Counted from the first letter of the stretch, positions 41,588 through 51,283 are shown. The stretch: DNA of 64,000 bases from an uncultured Chitinophagaceae bacterium (GCA_964367235.1 CAYIXI010000006.1:1269-65268); one strand, 5' to 3'. The notes: generated by a model not told the origin, from the sequence alone. Numbers and translations are program-made.

Positions 41588-41627
41588 CTCTCCGAGTAAT
41601 CGCCAAAGGCGATTGTATCGAGGAGAG
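41588..41627. terminator. Second nested hairpin (CTCTCC..AATCGCC-AAA-GGCGATT..GGAGAG), likely the terminator of the paa operon on the minus strand
   Basis: Perfect 6-bp outer and 7-bp inner stems. On the minus strand it is followed by a T-rich run (complement of aaaataaaa). Confidence 0.45.
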
Positions 41628-41655
41628 CAAAGTAAAAAATCTCTCCGATAAAATT

Positions 41656-42102
41656 TTAATGTCGTTTAAAATATTCAAAAGGTTCAATACAATTATTGCA
41701 CCACCAAAGTGCTTTGCACGGAGTTGAACCGAAGTTAGATTTTATAATTGTGTCGCTCGATTTACAGCGTGGGCAAATTATTTTTCTGTTTTCATTTTGT
41801 GGCGGAGCGATTTGGCATTGGCAAAGTTTTTCTTTTGTTTGAGCAGTAAAATAATCTGTTGACCAAATCGGGGAGTTTGAAACTTCAACTTTTACTTTTC
41901 TATTTTTAAAAGATGATAAAATATCTTCTTCAATTATTTTTAAAGCAGGGCAACCTAAATAAGTTGGACGGAGAAAAATTACAATTTCATTTTCTGTTAC
42001 CTCAATTTTAGAAATCATTCCCATTTCAACAATATTTAAATTTGGTATTTCAGGATCGGGAATATTTTCTAAAATCAAATAGATTTCCTTTTCGTTTACC
42101 AT
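41656..42102 (-). CDS. paaD: Phenylacetate-CoA oxygenase subunit PaaD (DUF59 + C-terminal zinc ribbon)
   Basis: ENIPDPEIPNLNIVEMGMI DUF59 motif and CPRC...C..C C-terminal cysteines. Confidence 0.75.
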   Translation of the reverse strand: MVNEKEIYLILENIPDPEIPNLNIVEMGMISKIEVTENEIVIFLRPTYLGCPALKIIEEDILSSFKNRKVKVEVSNSPIWSTDYFTAQTKEKLCQCQIAPPQNENRKIICPRCKSSDTIIKSNFGSTPCKALWWCNNCIEPFEYFKRH

Positions 42103-42875
42103 TTTAAATTCGGATAAGATCTTGGGACACTTTGCATTTCTGCAAGCAAGTGACTGAGATGTTCGGTGTGAAAATTTCTTGTGCGAGTGAATAAATGATT
42201 TTCTGTAACTTCGGGAATTTTTATATTTGCTTCAGTAAGAATAATTTCAATCACTTTTAACCAATCAGATTTTATAGATTTTGTATCTGAAATAATTCCT
42301 TTTTCAATTAATAATTTTTCGGATTGGCTTTCCTCAAACATTTGAAAAGTATATTTCCATAATTCATCAACAGCGATTTGAATTTTGCGATGACTTTCTT
42401 CGGTTCCGTTGCCAAGTCTTTTAATCCATTCTTTTGAGTGACGAGTGTGATAAGCAGATTCTTTTACAGCTTTGAGGGAAATTTCTGCAAGTGGAATAAA
42501 ATGAGAATTTGAAAGCAAATTTAAAGTCAAATCATTAAAGAGAGAAAAAAATAATTGTCGCACAATTGTAAAAGCAAAATCACCTTTTGGCAATTCAACA
42601 ATCTCGATACATTTAAAATTATTTGGTGCGCGGTAAAAAGCTAAATCATCTTCAGTCCTGTTTTTAGCCTCAATTTCACAGGCGATTTTATAGATAAAAC
42701 TAGATTGACCAATCAAGTCGAGCGAAATATTTGCAAGCGCAATATCTTCTTCCAAAATCGGCGCATGTCCGCACCACTCAGAAACACGATGACCAAGAAT
42801 TAATCTGTCGTCACCTAATTGCAAAAGATAATCATAAATATTTTTACTGACTAATTCGTCGTAATTATTTTTCAT
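42096..42875 (-). CDS. paaC: Phenylacetate-CoA oxygenase subunit PaaC
   Basis: Ferritin-like fold; position between paaB and paaD; LQLGDDRLILGHR motif. Confidence 0.75.
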   Translation of the reverse strand: MKNNYDELVSKNIYDYLLQLGDDRLILGHRVSEWCGHAPILEEDIALANISLDLIGQSSFIYKIACEIEAKNRTEDDLAFYRAPNNFKCIEIVELPKGDFAFTIVRQLFFSLFNDLTLNLLSNSHFIPLAEISLKAVKESAYHTRHSKEWIKRLGNGTEESHRKIQIAVDELWKYTFQMFEESQSEKLLIEKGIISDTKSIKSDWLKVIEIILTEANIKIPEVTENHLFTRTRNFHTEHLSHLLAEMQSVPRSYPNLKW

Positions 42876-43165
42876 TAAAATAAATTTTTAATTTTTTTTG
42901 GTGATGTATAAAATTGCGGATGTCGATAAATTTTATCTTTTGCGGGATCAAACATCATTGGTGAATCATCGGGAGTTGATGAAGTAATAAATTTTGATTG
43001 CACAACCCAAATATTAATTGCTTCATTTCTTCTGCAATAAACATCTCGTGCATTTTGGAGAGCCATCTCCGCGTCGCTCGCGTGAAGACTTCCGCAATGT
43101 TCGTGCGGTGCGCCAATTTCTTTTTGAGCGAAAACTTCCCAAAGTTCAAGTTCTGTGTCATTCAT
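42875..43165 (-). CDS. paaB: Phenylacetate-CoA oxygenase subunit PaaB
   Basis: LWEVF..K.....H.HCGSLHA motif. The track ORF extends to 43231, but the conserved start is MNDTELE at 43165. Confidence 0.8.
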   Translation of the reverse strand: MNDTELELWEVFAQKEIGAPHEHCGSLHASDAEMALQNARDVYCRRNEAINIWVVQSKFITSSTPDDSPMMFDPAKDKIYRHPQFYTSPKKIKNLF

Positions 43166-43176
43166 AAAATCTCCAA

Positions 43177-44109
43177 TTAATATTTTGATAAATATTTTTT
43201 TGAGTATTGGTCGACTGCGGCGCGAACCCATTTCCCATCTGCATCAGCTTTCTGGCGGGCAGTCATTCTTTCTTTGTTGCACGGACCATTTCCTTTTACC
43301 ACTTTCCAAAATTCATTCCAATCGATTGGACCGACATCCCAATTTTGTGTTTCAATATTAAATTTTAAATTTTCATCAGGAATTTTTAAATCAATCGCAA
43401 AGGCTTGATCGATAGTTAAATTTATAAATCTTTGACGAAGCGTGTCGTTGGATTCTTTTTTAATTTCCCAACGAATTAATTCTTCGCTATTTGGAGAATC
43501 TTTATCGTGCGGACCAAACATCATCAAACTTGGCCACCACCAACGATTCACTGCATCTTGAACCATTTCGTGTTGTTCATCGGAACCCATTGCAAGAACC
43601 GAAACCATTTCATAACCTTGACGCTTGTGAAAATTTTCTTCTTTACAAATTCTAATCATCGCACGCGAGTAAGGACCGTACGAACATTTTGCCAACATAG
43701 TTTGATTTACAATTGCGGCGCCATCAACAAGCCAACCAATCACTCCAATATCAGCCCATGATAAAGTCGGATAATTAAAAATTGAAGAATATTTTGCTTT
43801 TCCTTCAAGCAAAGCATCGATAAGTTCACGACGATCAACGCCCAATGTTTCTGTTGCACAATATAAATAAAGACCATGCCCGGCTTCGTCCTGAACTTTT
43901 GCCAAAAGCCCCATTTTTCTTCGAAGTGATGGAGCGCGAGTTATCCAATTTCCTTCGGGGAGCTCGCCAACAATTTCAGAGTGAGCGTGTTGCGACATCA
44001 TCCGAATTAGTTGTTGACGATATCGCTCGGGCATCCAATCTTTTGGTTCGATTTTTTCGCCACGAGAAATTTTTTCCTCAAAATTTTTTTGGAGAATTTC
44101 TTCACTCAT
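43177..44109 (-). CDS. paaA: 1,2-phenylacetyl-CoA epoxidase catalytic subunit PaaA
   Basis: Di-iron ligand regions (QDEAGHG, E..H) and 310 aa size. Confidence 0.85.
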   Translation of the reverse strand: MSEEILQKNFEEKISRGEKIEPKDWMPERYRQQLIRMMSQHAHSEIVGELPEGNWITRAPSLRRKMGLLAKVQDEAGHGLYLYCATETLGVDRRELIDALLEGKAKYSSIFNYPTLSWADIGVIGWLVDGAAIVNQTMLAKCSYGPYSRAMIRICKEENFHKRQGYEMVSVLAMGSDEQHEMVQDAVNRWWWPSLMMFGPHDKDSPNSEELIRWEIKKESNDTLRQRFINLTIDQAFAIDLKIPDENLKFNIETQNWDVGPIDWNEFWKVVKGNGPCNKERMTARQKADADGKWVRAAVDQYSKKYLSKY

Positions 44110-44190
44110 GCTTAAAAACTAATTAAATAAATTTCAATTTGCAACATTTAATTTATTTGTCTTTAAAATTTAATTTCAATAAGTTCCAAT

Positions 44191-44649
44191 ATGCAATCCA
44201 AAGCAAAAACGGTAAATCAATATATCGAGAGTTTAAATGATGAAAGACAATTAGCCATTTCATCAATCAGAAAAGTAATTTTAAAAAATATTCCAAAAGG
44301 ATTTTCTGAAGTAATGGGTTATGGAATGGTTGGCTATGTCGTTCCGCATTCAATTTATCCAAACGGATATCATTGCGATCCGAAACTGCCATTACCATTT
44401 TTCGGTATTGCATCGCAAAAAAATTATATTTCAATTTATCATTTAGGTTTGTACAATGGAAAATTATTAGATTGGTTCACAAATCAATGGAAAATAAAAT
44501 CAAATAAAAAATTAAATATGGGAAAATGTTGCATTCGATTTAAAAAACTTGAAGATATTCCACTTGATTTAATTGGCGAACTTGTTTCAAAAATTAGTGT
44601 TGAAGATTGGATTAAAACTTATGAAAAAGAAATTAAAAAAGTAAAATAA
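44191..44649 (+). CDS. DUF1801-family protein (YdhG-like)
   Basis: 152 aa; MGYGMVGY and ISIYHLG blocks typical of DUF1801. Confidence 0.55.
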   Translation: MQSKAKTVNQYIESLNDERQLAISSIRKVILKNIPKGFSEVMGYGMVGYVVPHSIYPNGYHCDPKLPLPFFGIASQKNYISIYHLGLYNGKLLDWFTNQWKIKSNKKLNMGKCCIRFKKLEDIPLDLIGELVSKISVEDWIKTYEKEIKKVK

Positions 44650-44706
44650 AATTGATATTTACTTTAGACCATTATTTTGATAACTTTCAGAAAAATAAAA
44701 TAAATT

Positions 44707-45570
44707 ATGGCTTATTCAATCGGAATTGTTGGCGCTGGTACAATGGGAGCAGGAATTGCGCATGTTGCCGCGCTTCAAGGATCAAATGTTTATCTTTACG
44801 ACACGAGCGAGGAATTAATTCGTCGCGGAGTTGCAAAAATAACTTACGAACTTAAAAAAAGTGTCGATCGCTCAAAACTTTCACTCGAAGCAATGGACTC
44901 GGCGCTAAAAAAAATTCGTGCAAAAACCTCAATGTCAAATCTCGACTCGTGCGATATTATAATAGAGGCGGTAACTGAAGACTTGCGCGTGAAAAAAGAT
45001 TTATTCAAAAAATTAGATACAATCGCTCATCACACAACAATTCTCGCAACGAACACTTCATCGTTTTCAATTACATCAATTGCCGGGGTTACATCAAAAC
45101 CGCAAAGAGTTGTGGGAATGCATTTTTTTAATCCTGTGCATTTAATGCCACTTGTTGAAATAATTGAAGGCGCGAAAACTTCTGACGAAACGATTTTAAA
45201 AACTATAAAAATTGCTGAAGCGCTCGGTAAAAAAACTGTTCGAGTAAAAGATACTCCCGGTTTTATTGTCAACCGAATTGCGCGACCGTTTTACGGAGAG
45301 GCGTTAAAAATTCTTGGCGAAGGTGTTGCGAATGTTGAAGAAATTGATAAAATTCTTCGCGAAGAAGGAAATTTTAAAATGGGTCCTTTTGAGTTGATGG
45401 ATTTGATTGGAATCGATGTTAATTACGCAGTTACGCAATCTATTTATGAGCAATTTTTTCACGATCCAAGATATCGTCCACATCCGATTCAAAAAATGAA
45501 AGTTGACTCTGGAGAGTTGGGCAAAAAAACTAAAAAAGGATTTTATAATTATCCCGACGAAATAAAATAA
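44707..45570 (+). CDS. hbd: 3-hydroxybutyryl-CoA / 3-hydroxyacyl-CoA dehydrogenase
   Basis: IGIVGAGTMGAGIA Rossmann motif, HFFNP, GFIVNR. Confidence 0.9.
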   Translation: MAYSIGIVGAGTMGAGIAHVAALQGSNVYLYDTSEELIRRGVAKITYELKKSVDRSKLSLEAMDSALKKIRAKTSMSNLDSCDIIIEAVTEDLRVKKDLFKKLDTIAHHTTILATNTSSFSITSIAGVTSKPQRVVGMHFFNPVHLMPLVEIIEGAKTSDETILKTIKIAEALGKKTVRVKDTPGFIVNRIARPFYGEALKILGEGVANVEEIDKILREEGNFKMGPFELMDLIGIDVNYAVTQSIYEQFFHDPRYRPHPIQKMKVDSGELGKKTKKGFYNYPDEIK

Positions 45571-45573
45571 AAA

Positions 45574-45792
45574 GTGAAAGTTACAGTTTTAGTAAAACCG
45601 AATCAAAAAAAGATAAATGTTTTAAAAAATGAAAAAGGCGAATTGATTATATCTGTAAATGCGACACCAATTGATGGAAAAGCAAACGCTGCGTTAATTG
45701 AAATTTTGGCTGATTATTTTAAAGTGAGGAAAAGCTCGATTACAATTTTACATGGCGCAAAAGGAAAAAGAAAAATAATTGAAATTTTATGA
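45574..45792 (+). CDS. DUF167 (YggU-family) small protein
   Basis: 72 aa; [16 protein letters not shown] motif. Confidence 0.6.
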   Translation: MKVTVLVKPNQKKINVLKNEKGELIISVNATPIDGKANAALIEILADYFKVRKSSITILHGAKGKRKIIEIL

Positions 45793-46160
45793 AAAAGATT
45801 TTTTTACTCTCCGTTCTATTTTTTAATATTGCACAATCTCAATCAACCGAAGAGAATTTGTTTTGTCAAAAATGCGGAGTGGAACAGACTGTTGCAAATA
45901 AATTTTGTAACTCATGCGGAGTGAAATTAGATAAAACAATTATTATTGATAAAATTGAATCAAAAATAGATTCTCTTTATCAAAAAGGGGAGTTTCCACT
46001 TTCAAAACAAGAAATTGCAATTTTAGTAGAATATTATCAGGAAAATTCAAACGACTCAAAAAACGAAACGCCAGTAGCCACTAAAACAATTAGTCCTGTT
46101 TTATATTTTTTAATGCCGTTCGCAGCTATTGGATTATTTTTAATTATTATTTTCAATTAA
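45789..46160 (+). CDS. Zinc-ribbon protein with N-terminal signal peptide/anchor and C-terminal TM helix
   Basis: [19 protein letters not shown] then CQKCG-x10-CNSCG (C-x2-C-x10-C-x2-C); C-terminal hydrophobic helix. Confidence 0.55.
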   Translation: MKKIFLLSVLFFNIAQSQSTEENLFCQKCGVEQTVANKFCNSCGVKLDKTIIIDKIESKIDSLYQKGEFPLSKQEIAILVEYYQENSNDSKNETPVATKTISPVLYFLMPFAAIGLFLIIIFN

Positions 46161-46164
46161 TTTT

Positions 46165-47160
46165 ATGAAAACATTTTTTAAATATTTTTTAATTATCATC
46201 TTTGCAACATCTTTTGTTTTTTCGCAAACAGATGAAACTATAATTTGTAAATTTTGTAAAACAAAAAATAAAACTAATTACACTTTTTGTATAAATTGTG
46301 GCAAATCTCTTTCTACCACCAAACAATCAAAAGATACAAATCCACTTACAACTCACAAACTGGATCATCTGTTTTCAATTCCAAAAGCAGAAATGCTGAA
46401 ATCGCTCGATGTAAATTTTATGCTCGGTGGAGCATGGGGACTTGAAGAGCAAAATTCTTTTCTCGGTTCATTTGCGCTTGGACTTGGCGATGTTGCGCAG
46501 ATTGAAGTTGGCACAATTGGAATGATTGGAAATTTACTTGGGCTTTCAAATATTTCAACGATTGGTTTAAAGGGAATTATTTTTCATGAAAACGAAAAAT
46601 GGCCTTCAATTGCTTTAGCTTTACGAAGTTCAAATGATTGGGATTATAATTCTTTAAGTGAAAATGAAGTTCAAGCTAACTCGCCGAGTGATTACGCCTC
46701 TGGGCTTCGCGATTATAATTATGAAATGCGATTTACTTCTCTAAGTTTAATTTTATCAAAAAATGTAGGCGATAAAAATTCATTACATTTTGGAGCAAGT
46801 TATATGGATACACGATATAGAAATTTATATCGATATATTTATAATAATCCTTTTTTACCAACTCCTATAAGTGGTGAATTCCAAAAAGATTTGTTTGGAT
46901 TTTTTGGAGGCATAGAACATATCGCAAACGAACGAACCGTTTTTATGATTGAAGTTCAAAGTTTCCCAAGTTTTCGATACAATATAAATTCAGCAAGTAT
47001 TGAAACTTCAAAAATGTTTGTAACTGTTGCAGGTGTTCGATTTGCAGTTTTAGAATGGTTGGTGATTGATACCGGCGCTCGCTATCAATCTAATTTTAAA
47101 GGATTAGCTGATGTGCAAATTCGTTTGAGTGCTAACGCAATATTTTCTATATCAAAATAA
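46165..47160 (+). CDS. Zinc-ribbon protein with signal peptide and beta-rich (possibly beta-barrel) C-terminal domain
   Basis: Signal peptide then CKFCK-x10-CINCG with the same spacing as the upstream paralogous module; ~250 aa beta-strand-like remainder. Confidence 0.55.
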   Translation: MKTFFKYFLIIIFATSFVFSQTDETIICKFCKTKNKTNYTFCINCGKSLSTTKQSKDTNPLTTHKLDHLFSIPKAEMLKSLDVNFMLGGAWGLEEQNSFLGSFALGLGDVAQIEVGTIGMIGNLLGLSNISTIGLKGIIFHENEKWPSIALALRSSNDWDYNSLSENEVQANSPSDYASGLRDYNYEMRFTSLSLILSKNVGDKNSLHFGASYMDTRYRNLYRYIYNNPFLPTPISGEFQKDLFGFFGGIEHIANERTVFMIEVQSFPSFRYNINSASIETSKMFVTVAGVRFAVLEWLVIDTGARYQSNFKGLADVQIRLSANAIFSISK

Positions 47161-47170
47161 AAATTAATTA

Positions 47171-47809
47171 ATGTTTTCATTTCGTCAAAAAATTGTTAAA
47201 GAAGAAACGCTAAATGTTGCTACTCATGCAATTGCATTTGGATTAAGTGTTGTTGGATTAATTGAGATAATAATTTTAGCGCTTAAAGAAGGAAATATTT
47301 GGAATATATTTAGTTACACAATTTTTGGTAGCACGATGGTTATTTTATATGCTTCCTCAACAATTTATCACAGCATCCACAATCAAAAAATAAAAAAAAT
47401 ATTTCAAAAAATAGATCACATTGCAATTTTTTTAGCAATTGCCGGAACTTATACTCCAATAACTTTAGGTCCGCTACGAGGTGCATGGGGTTGGAGTCTA
47501 TTTGGAATCATTTGGGGATTAGCAATTGCGGGAATTTTTGTAAAAATATTTTTTTATAAAAAAGTAAAATTATTTTCCACAATTATTTATATTGCGATGG
47601 GTTGGTTGATTGTATTTGCAGTTAAACCGATGATTGATACAATTCCTGTTGATGGATTAATGTTGATTTTATCTGGTGGAATAATTTTTACAACTGGCAC
47701 ATATATCTATTCGCAAAATAAAATCCCATATAATCACGCTATTTGGCATCTGTTTGTAATGTGCGGAAGTATTTGTCATTACTTTGCAATTTATTATTTT
47801 GTAAAATAA
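47171..47809 (+). CDS. Hemolysin III / PAQR-family channel protein
   Basis: Seven TM helices with the conserved His pattern (ATHAIAFG, YHSIHN, HLFV). Confidence 0.8.
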   Translation: MFSFRQKIVKEETLNVATHAIAFGLSVVGLIEIIILALKEGNIWNIFSYTIFGSTMVILYASSTIYHSIHNQKIKKIFQKIDHIAIFLAIAGTYTPITLGPLRGAWGWSLFGIIWGLAIAGIFVKIFFYKKVKLFSTIIYIAMGWLIVFAVKPMIDTIPVDGLMLILSGGIIFTTGTYIYSQNKIPYNHAIWHLFVMCGSICHYFAIYYFVK

Positions 47810-47840
47810 TATTTCTGAAAACGAATTTATTTAAAGAATT

Positions 47841-48590
47841 ATGAAAAAATCAAAAACAAAAATAAAAGCAAAGAAGAAAACGAAAATTCAAAAGATAATC
47901 GAGGCTGTTTTACTAGTTGGCGATAAATCTATTTGTGATGAATTAAAATTAATAATCGAAAATGCAGAGTTAAAAATTCTCTCATTAAAAAATATCGATG
48001 CGAGATCCATTCGTAAGTATGATTTACTTTGCGCGATTGAAGTTACCAATTTGGATATTGAAGAAAAAAGAAAAAATCTTTCCGCAATTGATAGAATAAT
48101 TCCAAAATCTGTTTCGATAATTTCTTCATCAATTTGCGAAACGGTTGCATCGCAATCTCGATTTGTAAAATCGAGAGAAAAGTTAATTGGCTTTTGCGCA
48201 TTTCCAACTTTGCTATCAAATAATTTAATTGAAATTGCTCCATCGCTTCGCACTTCAAAATTAGTTGTTGAAAAAACCAGAGAATTTTTTGCAAAGCTCG
48301 GAAAAAATAGTGTTGTAGTTCAAGATAGAATTGGTTTAGTTTTGCCTCGAATAATTTCTCAAATTATTAACGAAGCGTTTTTTGCAATTCAGCAAAATAT
48401 TGCTACACCGAGCGATATTGATTTAGCAATGAAACTCGGAACTAATTATCCGCACGGACCAATTGAATGGGGAGAAAAAATAGGATTCGAACAAGTCGGC
48501 GCAGTTTTAAAAGCATTGTTCGATGAAACTCGCGAAGAACGATACAAAATTTCTCCGCTGTTAACACAACTTATTTATTCAAAAAATTAA
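47841..48590 (+). CDS. 3-hydroxyacyl-CoA dehydrogenase-family paralog lacking the NAD-binding GxGxxG motif (probable pseudo-enzyme)
   Basis: The C-terminal two thirds align by eye with hbd (VVQDRIGLVLPRI vs VKDTPGFIVNRI; GPIEWGEKIG vs GPFELMDLIG). The N-terminus is Lys-rich with no Rossmann signature. Confidence 0.6.
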   Translation: MKKSKTKIKAKKKTKIQKIIEAVLLVGDKSICDELKLIIENAELKILSLKNIDARSIRKYDLLCAIEVTNLDIEEKRKNLSAIDRIIPKSVSIISSSICETVASQSRFVKSREKLIGFCAFPTLLSNNLIEIAPSLRTSKLVVEKTREFFAKLGKNSVVVQDRIGLVLPRIISQIINEAFFAIQQNIATPSDIDLAMKLGTNYPHGPIEWGEKIGFEQVGAVLKALFDETREERYKISPLLTQLIYSKN

Positions 48591-50123
48591 TTATTTTAAT
48601 TTACCAATCGCTCGTTCAACATTTTTTTCAATCAAACCAGAACGAAGCAAACTGTAAGATTTTTTTATTTCCGTTTGAAGCAATCTATCTTTATCAATAT
48701 GTTTTAAAGTAGCGCGAAGTGTTTTGTAAGCCGCGTCAGTTCCTTTTCCGCATTTTAAAGGATTGTGAAAATCAATCGCTTGTGCGGCAGAAAGTAATTC
48801 GATTGCCAAAACATTTTCGGCGTTATGCAAAATTCGCCAGCATTTCTGCGCCGAAATCGAGCCCATAGAATTATGATCTTCCTGTCCGGCACTTGTTGGA
48901 ATTGAATCCACACTTGCAGGATGCGCAAGAACTTTATTTTCAGAAACAATTGAAGCCGCAGTGTATTGCGCAATCATCAAACCTGAGTGAAGCCCAGCGT
49001 GTGTTGTGAGAAATTTCGGCAATTCATTTAAACTTCCATTTACTAATTTGTCGATTCTTCTTTCAGAAATATTTGCAAGTTCCGATAAAGCAATCGCGGC
49101 AAAATCCAGCGCCAACGCAAGTGGTTGACCATGAAAATTTCCACCTTCGAGATGAATTTTATCTTTTGCAAAAATTAGCGGATTGTCATTTGCAGAATTA
49201 ATTTCAATTTTACAAACTTCAACTAAATAATTTATTGCATCGCGCGATGCACCGTGAACTTGCGGAACACATCGTAGCGAATATGCATCTTGAACTCTTT
49301 CGTCATTGTGCCGATGCGATTCTCTAATTTCACTTCCTTTAAGTAATCGTCTTAAATTTTCTGCGCAATCAATTTGTCCTTTGTACGGACGAAGTTTGTG
49401 AATTCTTTCATCGAAGGCAGTATCGGTTCCCTTTAATGCTTCAACAGAAAGTGCCGCGGCAATGTCGCACAATTTTAAAAGTTTTAACGCTCGATGCGCA
49501 ATGTGAGTTGCGTATGCGGTCATCATTTGCGTTCCGTTAATTAAAGCCAACCCTTCCTTTGCCGAAAGTGTAATTGGTTTAAGATTAAATTTTTTTAGCG
49601 CAATTTTTGATGGAACTATTTTTCCGTTTGGTAAAATAATTTCTCCGCGTCCAAGCATCGCAAGTACGATGTGCGAAAGTTGAACTAAATCTCCACTTGA
49701 ACCAACTGAGCCTTGCGATGGAATAAGTGGAGTTAAGTTTGCATTAAAAAATTTTAAGATTGAATCGATTAAAATATTTCGTACACCAGAAAATCCTTTT
49801 GCAAGTGAATTGACTCTTAAAATAATCATCGCACGAACAATTTCTTTTGGCAGTGGCTCGCCAACACCGGCAGAGTGACTGATAATTAAATTTTTTTGCA
49901 GTTCATCAATTTTTTCAATCGGAATTCTAATTGTGCTAAAAACTCCAAAACCTGTAGTAACGCCATATATTACATCGTTATTTTTAAGCCATTTTTCAAT
50001 AAGCGAACGAGAATTTTTTATTGCTATACGAGACTTTGAAGTTATTGCAAGTTTTGAATTTTTAGCGGAAGCATTTACGACATCGCTGATTGTGAGTGAA
50101 TTTCCATCGAGTATTAGTTTCAT
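48591..50123 (-). CDS. hutH: Histidine ammonia-lyase-family (MIO-dependent) enzyme
   Basis: GSVGSSGDL (MIO-forming triad region), SH selectivity pair; 510 aa. The track starts at TTG 50135; ATG is at 50123. Confidence 0.85.
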   Translation of the reverse strand: MKLILDGNSLTISDVVNASAKNSKLAITSKSRIAIKNSRSLIEKWLKNNDVIYGVTTGFGVFSTIRIPIEKIDELQKNLIISHSAGVGEPLPKEIVRAMIILRVNSLAKGFSGVRNILIDSILKFFNANLTPLIPSQGSVGSSGDLVQLSHIVLAMLGRGEIILPNGKIVPSKIALKKFNLKPITLSAKEGLALINGTQMMTAYATHIAHRALKLLKLCDIAAALSVEALKGTDTAFDERIHKLRPYKGQIDCAENLRRLLKGSEIRESHRHNDERVQDAYSLRCVPQVHGASRDAINYLVEVCKIEINSANDNPLIFAKDKIHLEGGNFHGQPLALALDFAAIALSELANISERRIDKLVNGSLNELPKFLTTHAGLHSGLMIAQYTAASIVSENKVLAHPASVDSIPTSAGQEDHNSMGSISAQKCWRILHNAENVLAIELLSAAQAIDFHNPLKCGKGTDAAYKTLRATLKHIDKDRLLQTEIKKSYSLLRSGLIEKNVERAIGKLK

Positions 50124-50135
50124 TTTGTTATCCAA

Positions 50136-51263
50136 TTATTTTTTAAATAAGTCGAGATATTCTTTAAGAACAAAGAGTCGGTTTCTCGAGTAACCTGTTA
50201 TTTCATTTAATATTTCCAAATCCGTTAATGATTTAATTATTCTGTTTGCACTATTGAAACTGATGCCAAGTTCTTTTACAACTCCTTTGTTATTTATGAT
50301 TGGTTTTGTAAACATATAAAGAAGTAATTTCTGAATATTTTTTGCTCTTACTCCCAAGGTCAATATTTTATTTTCATATTTTTGTCTTAAACTTACAATA
50401 TCCTTAAAAGTTTTTATTCCATCACTTGCAGTTTCAATAATCCCATTAAGAAAAAATTTAATCCATTGTTCAAGATTATTATTTTGTCTAACCATTGTTA
50501 AAGAATCGTAATAGGAAATTCTATATTTTTCAAAAAAAGCAGAAAGATATAAACTAGATTTTGTTAAAATGTTAGATTCAATCAATTGTAAAATTATTAT
50601 GAGTCTTCCAACTCTACCATTGCCATCTAAAAAAGGATGAATAGTTTCAAACTGATAATGACAGATAGCAATTTTTATAAGAGTAGGAAATTCTAAATTT
50701 TTATTATGCCAAAAATTTTCAAAGTCTGAAAGCAAATCAATAATTTCTTCTGGGCTTGGGGGAATAAAAAACGCATCCGATAGTGATGAACCACCAATCC
50801 AATTTTGAGTTTTTCTTATTTCTCCCGGCGATTTATTTTTACCCCGTACACCGGCAAGCAAAACTTTATGAAGATCTTTTATCAATCGAATGCTAAAAGG
50901 AATTTTATTTAATTCGCTCGTAGCAAAATTTATTGATTTGATATAGTTTTGAACTTCATCCCAATCATCTCTTTTTTCTGGGTTTACTTCTTCTTTTGGA
51001 AGTAAGATTTCATCAATGCTCGTTTTTGTTCCCTCAATCATGCTCGACCTTGTTGCTTCTTTTGCAACATTCATTTGAATGAAAAAATCAACATCGGGAA
51101 CGAGATTTGAATATGCATTTAGTTCGCCTAAAAGACGCATTGCCTGTTCAAGCAAAACATTTATTTTTTTATCTTGCCAATCAAAATCGCGATTAATATA
51201 AGAGGGGCTGAAGCTCTTGTATTGAAATTGCTGTTTATAAGTTCCTGCGATGAAATTATGCAT
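50136..51263 (-). CDS. fic: Fic-family protein (class II, intramolecular inhibitory motif)
   Basis: Fic core [12 protein letters not shown]; upstream SSMIEG matches the [ST]xxxE[GN] inhibitory helix; C-terminal wHTH-like tail. Confidence 0.85.
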   Translation of the reverse strand: MHNFIAGTYKQQFQYKSFSPSYINRDFDWQDKKINVLLEQAMRLLGELNAYSNLVPDVDFFIQMNVAKEATRSSMIEGTKTSIDEILLPKEEVNPEKRDDWDEVQNYIKSINFATSELNKIPFSIRLIKDLHKVLLAGVRGKNKSPGEIRKTQNWIGGSSLSDAFFIPPSPEEIIDLLSDFENFWHNKNLEFPTLIKIAICHYQFETIHPFLDGNGRVGRLIIILQLIESNILTKSSLYLSAFFEKYRISYYDSLTMVRQNNNLEQWIKFFLNGIIETASDGIKTFKDIVSLRQKYENKILTLGVRAKNIQKLLLYMFTKPIINNKGVVKELGISFNSANRIIKSLTDLEILNEITGYSRNRLFVLKEYLDLFKK

Positions 51264-51283
51264 AATTTGGAGATATAAATATT

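Noticed and set aside
43166-43231. An N-terminal extension of the PaaB ORF overlapping the paaA 3' end by 55 nt.
   Set aside because: The conserved PaaB N-terminus starts at MNDTELE (43165); the extension is basic and low-complexity and is likely untranslated.
44652-44855. A 67-aa ORF overlapping the hbd start.
   Set aside because: It lies in a different frame over the conserved Rossmann N-terminus of hbd and has no RBS.
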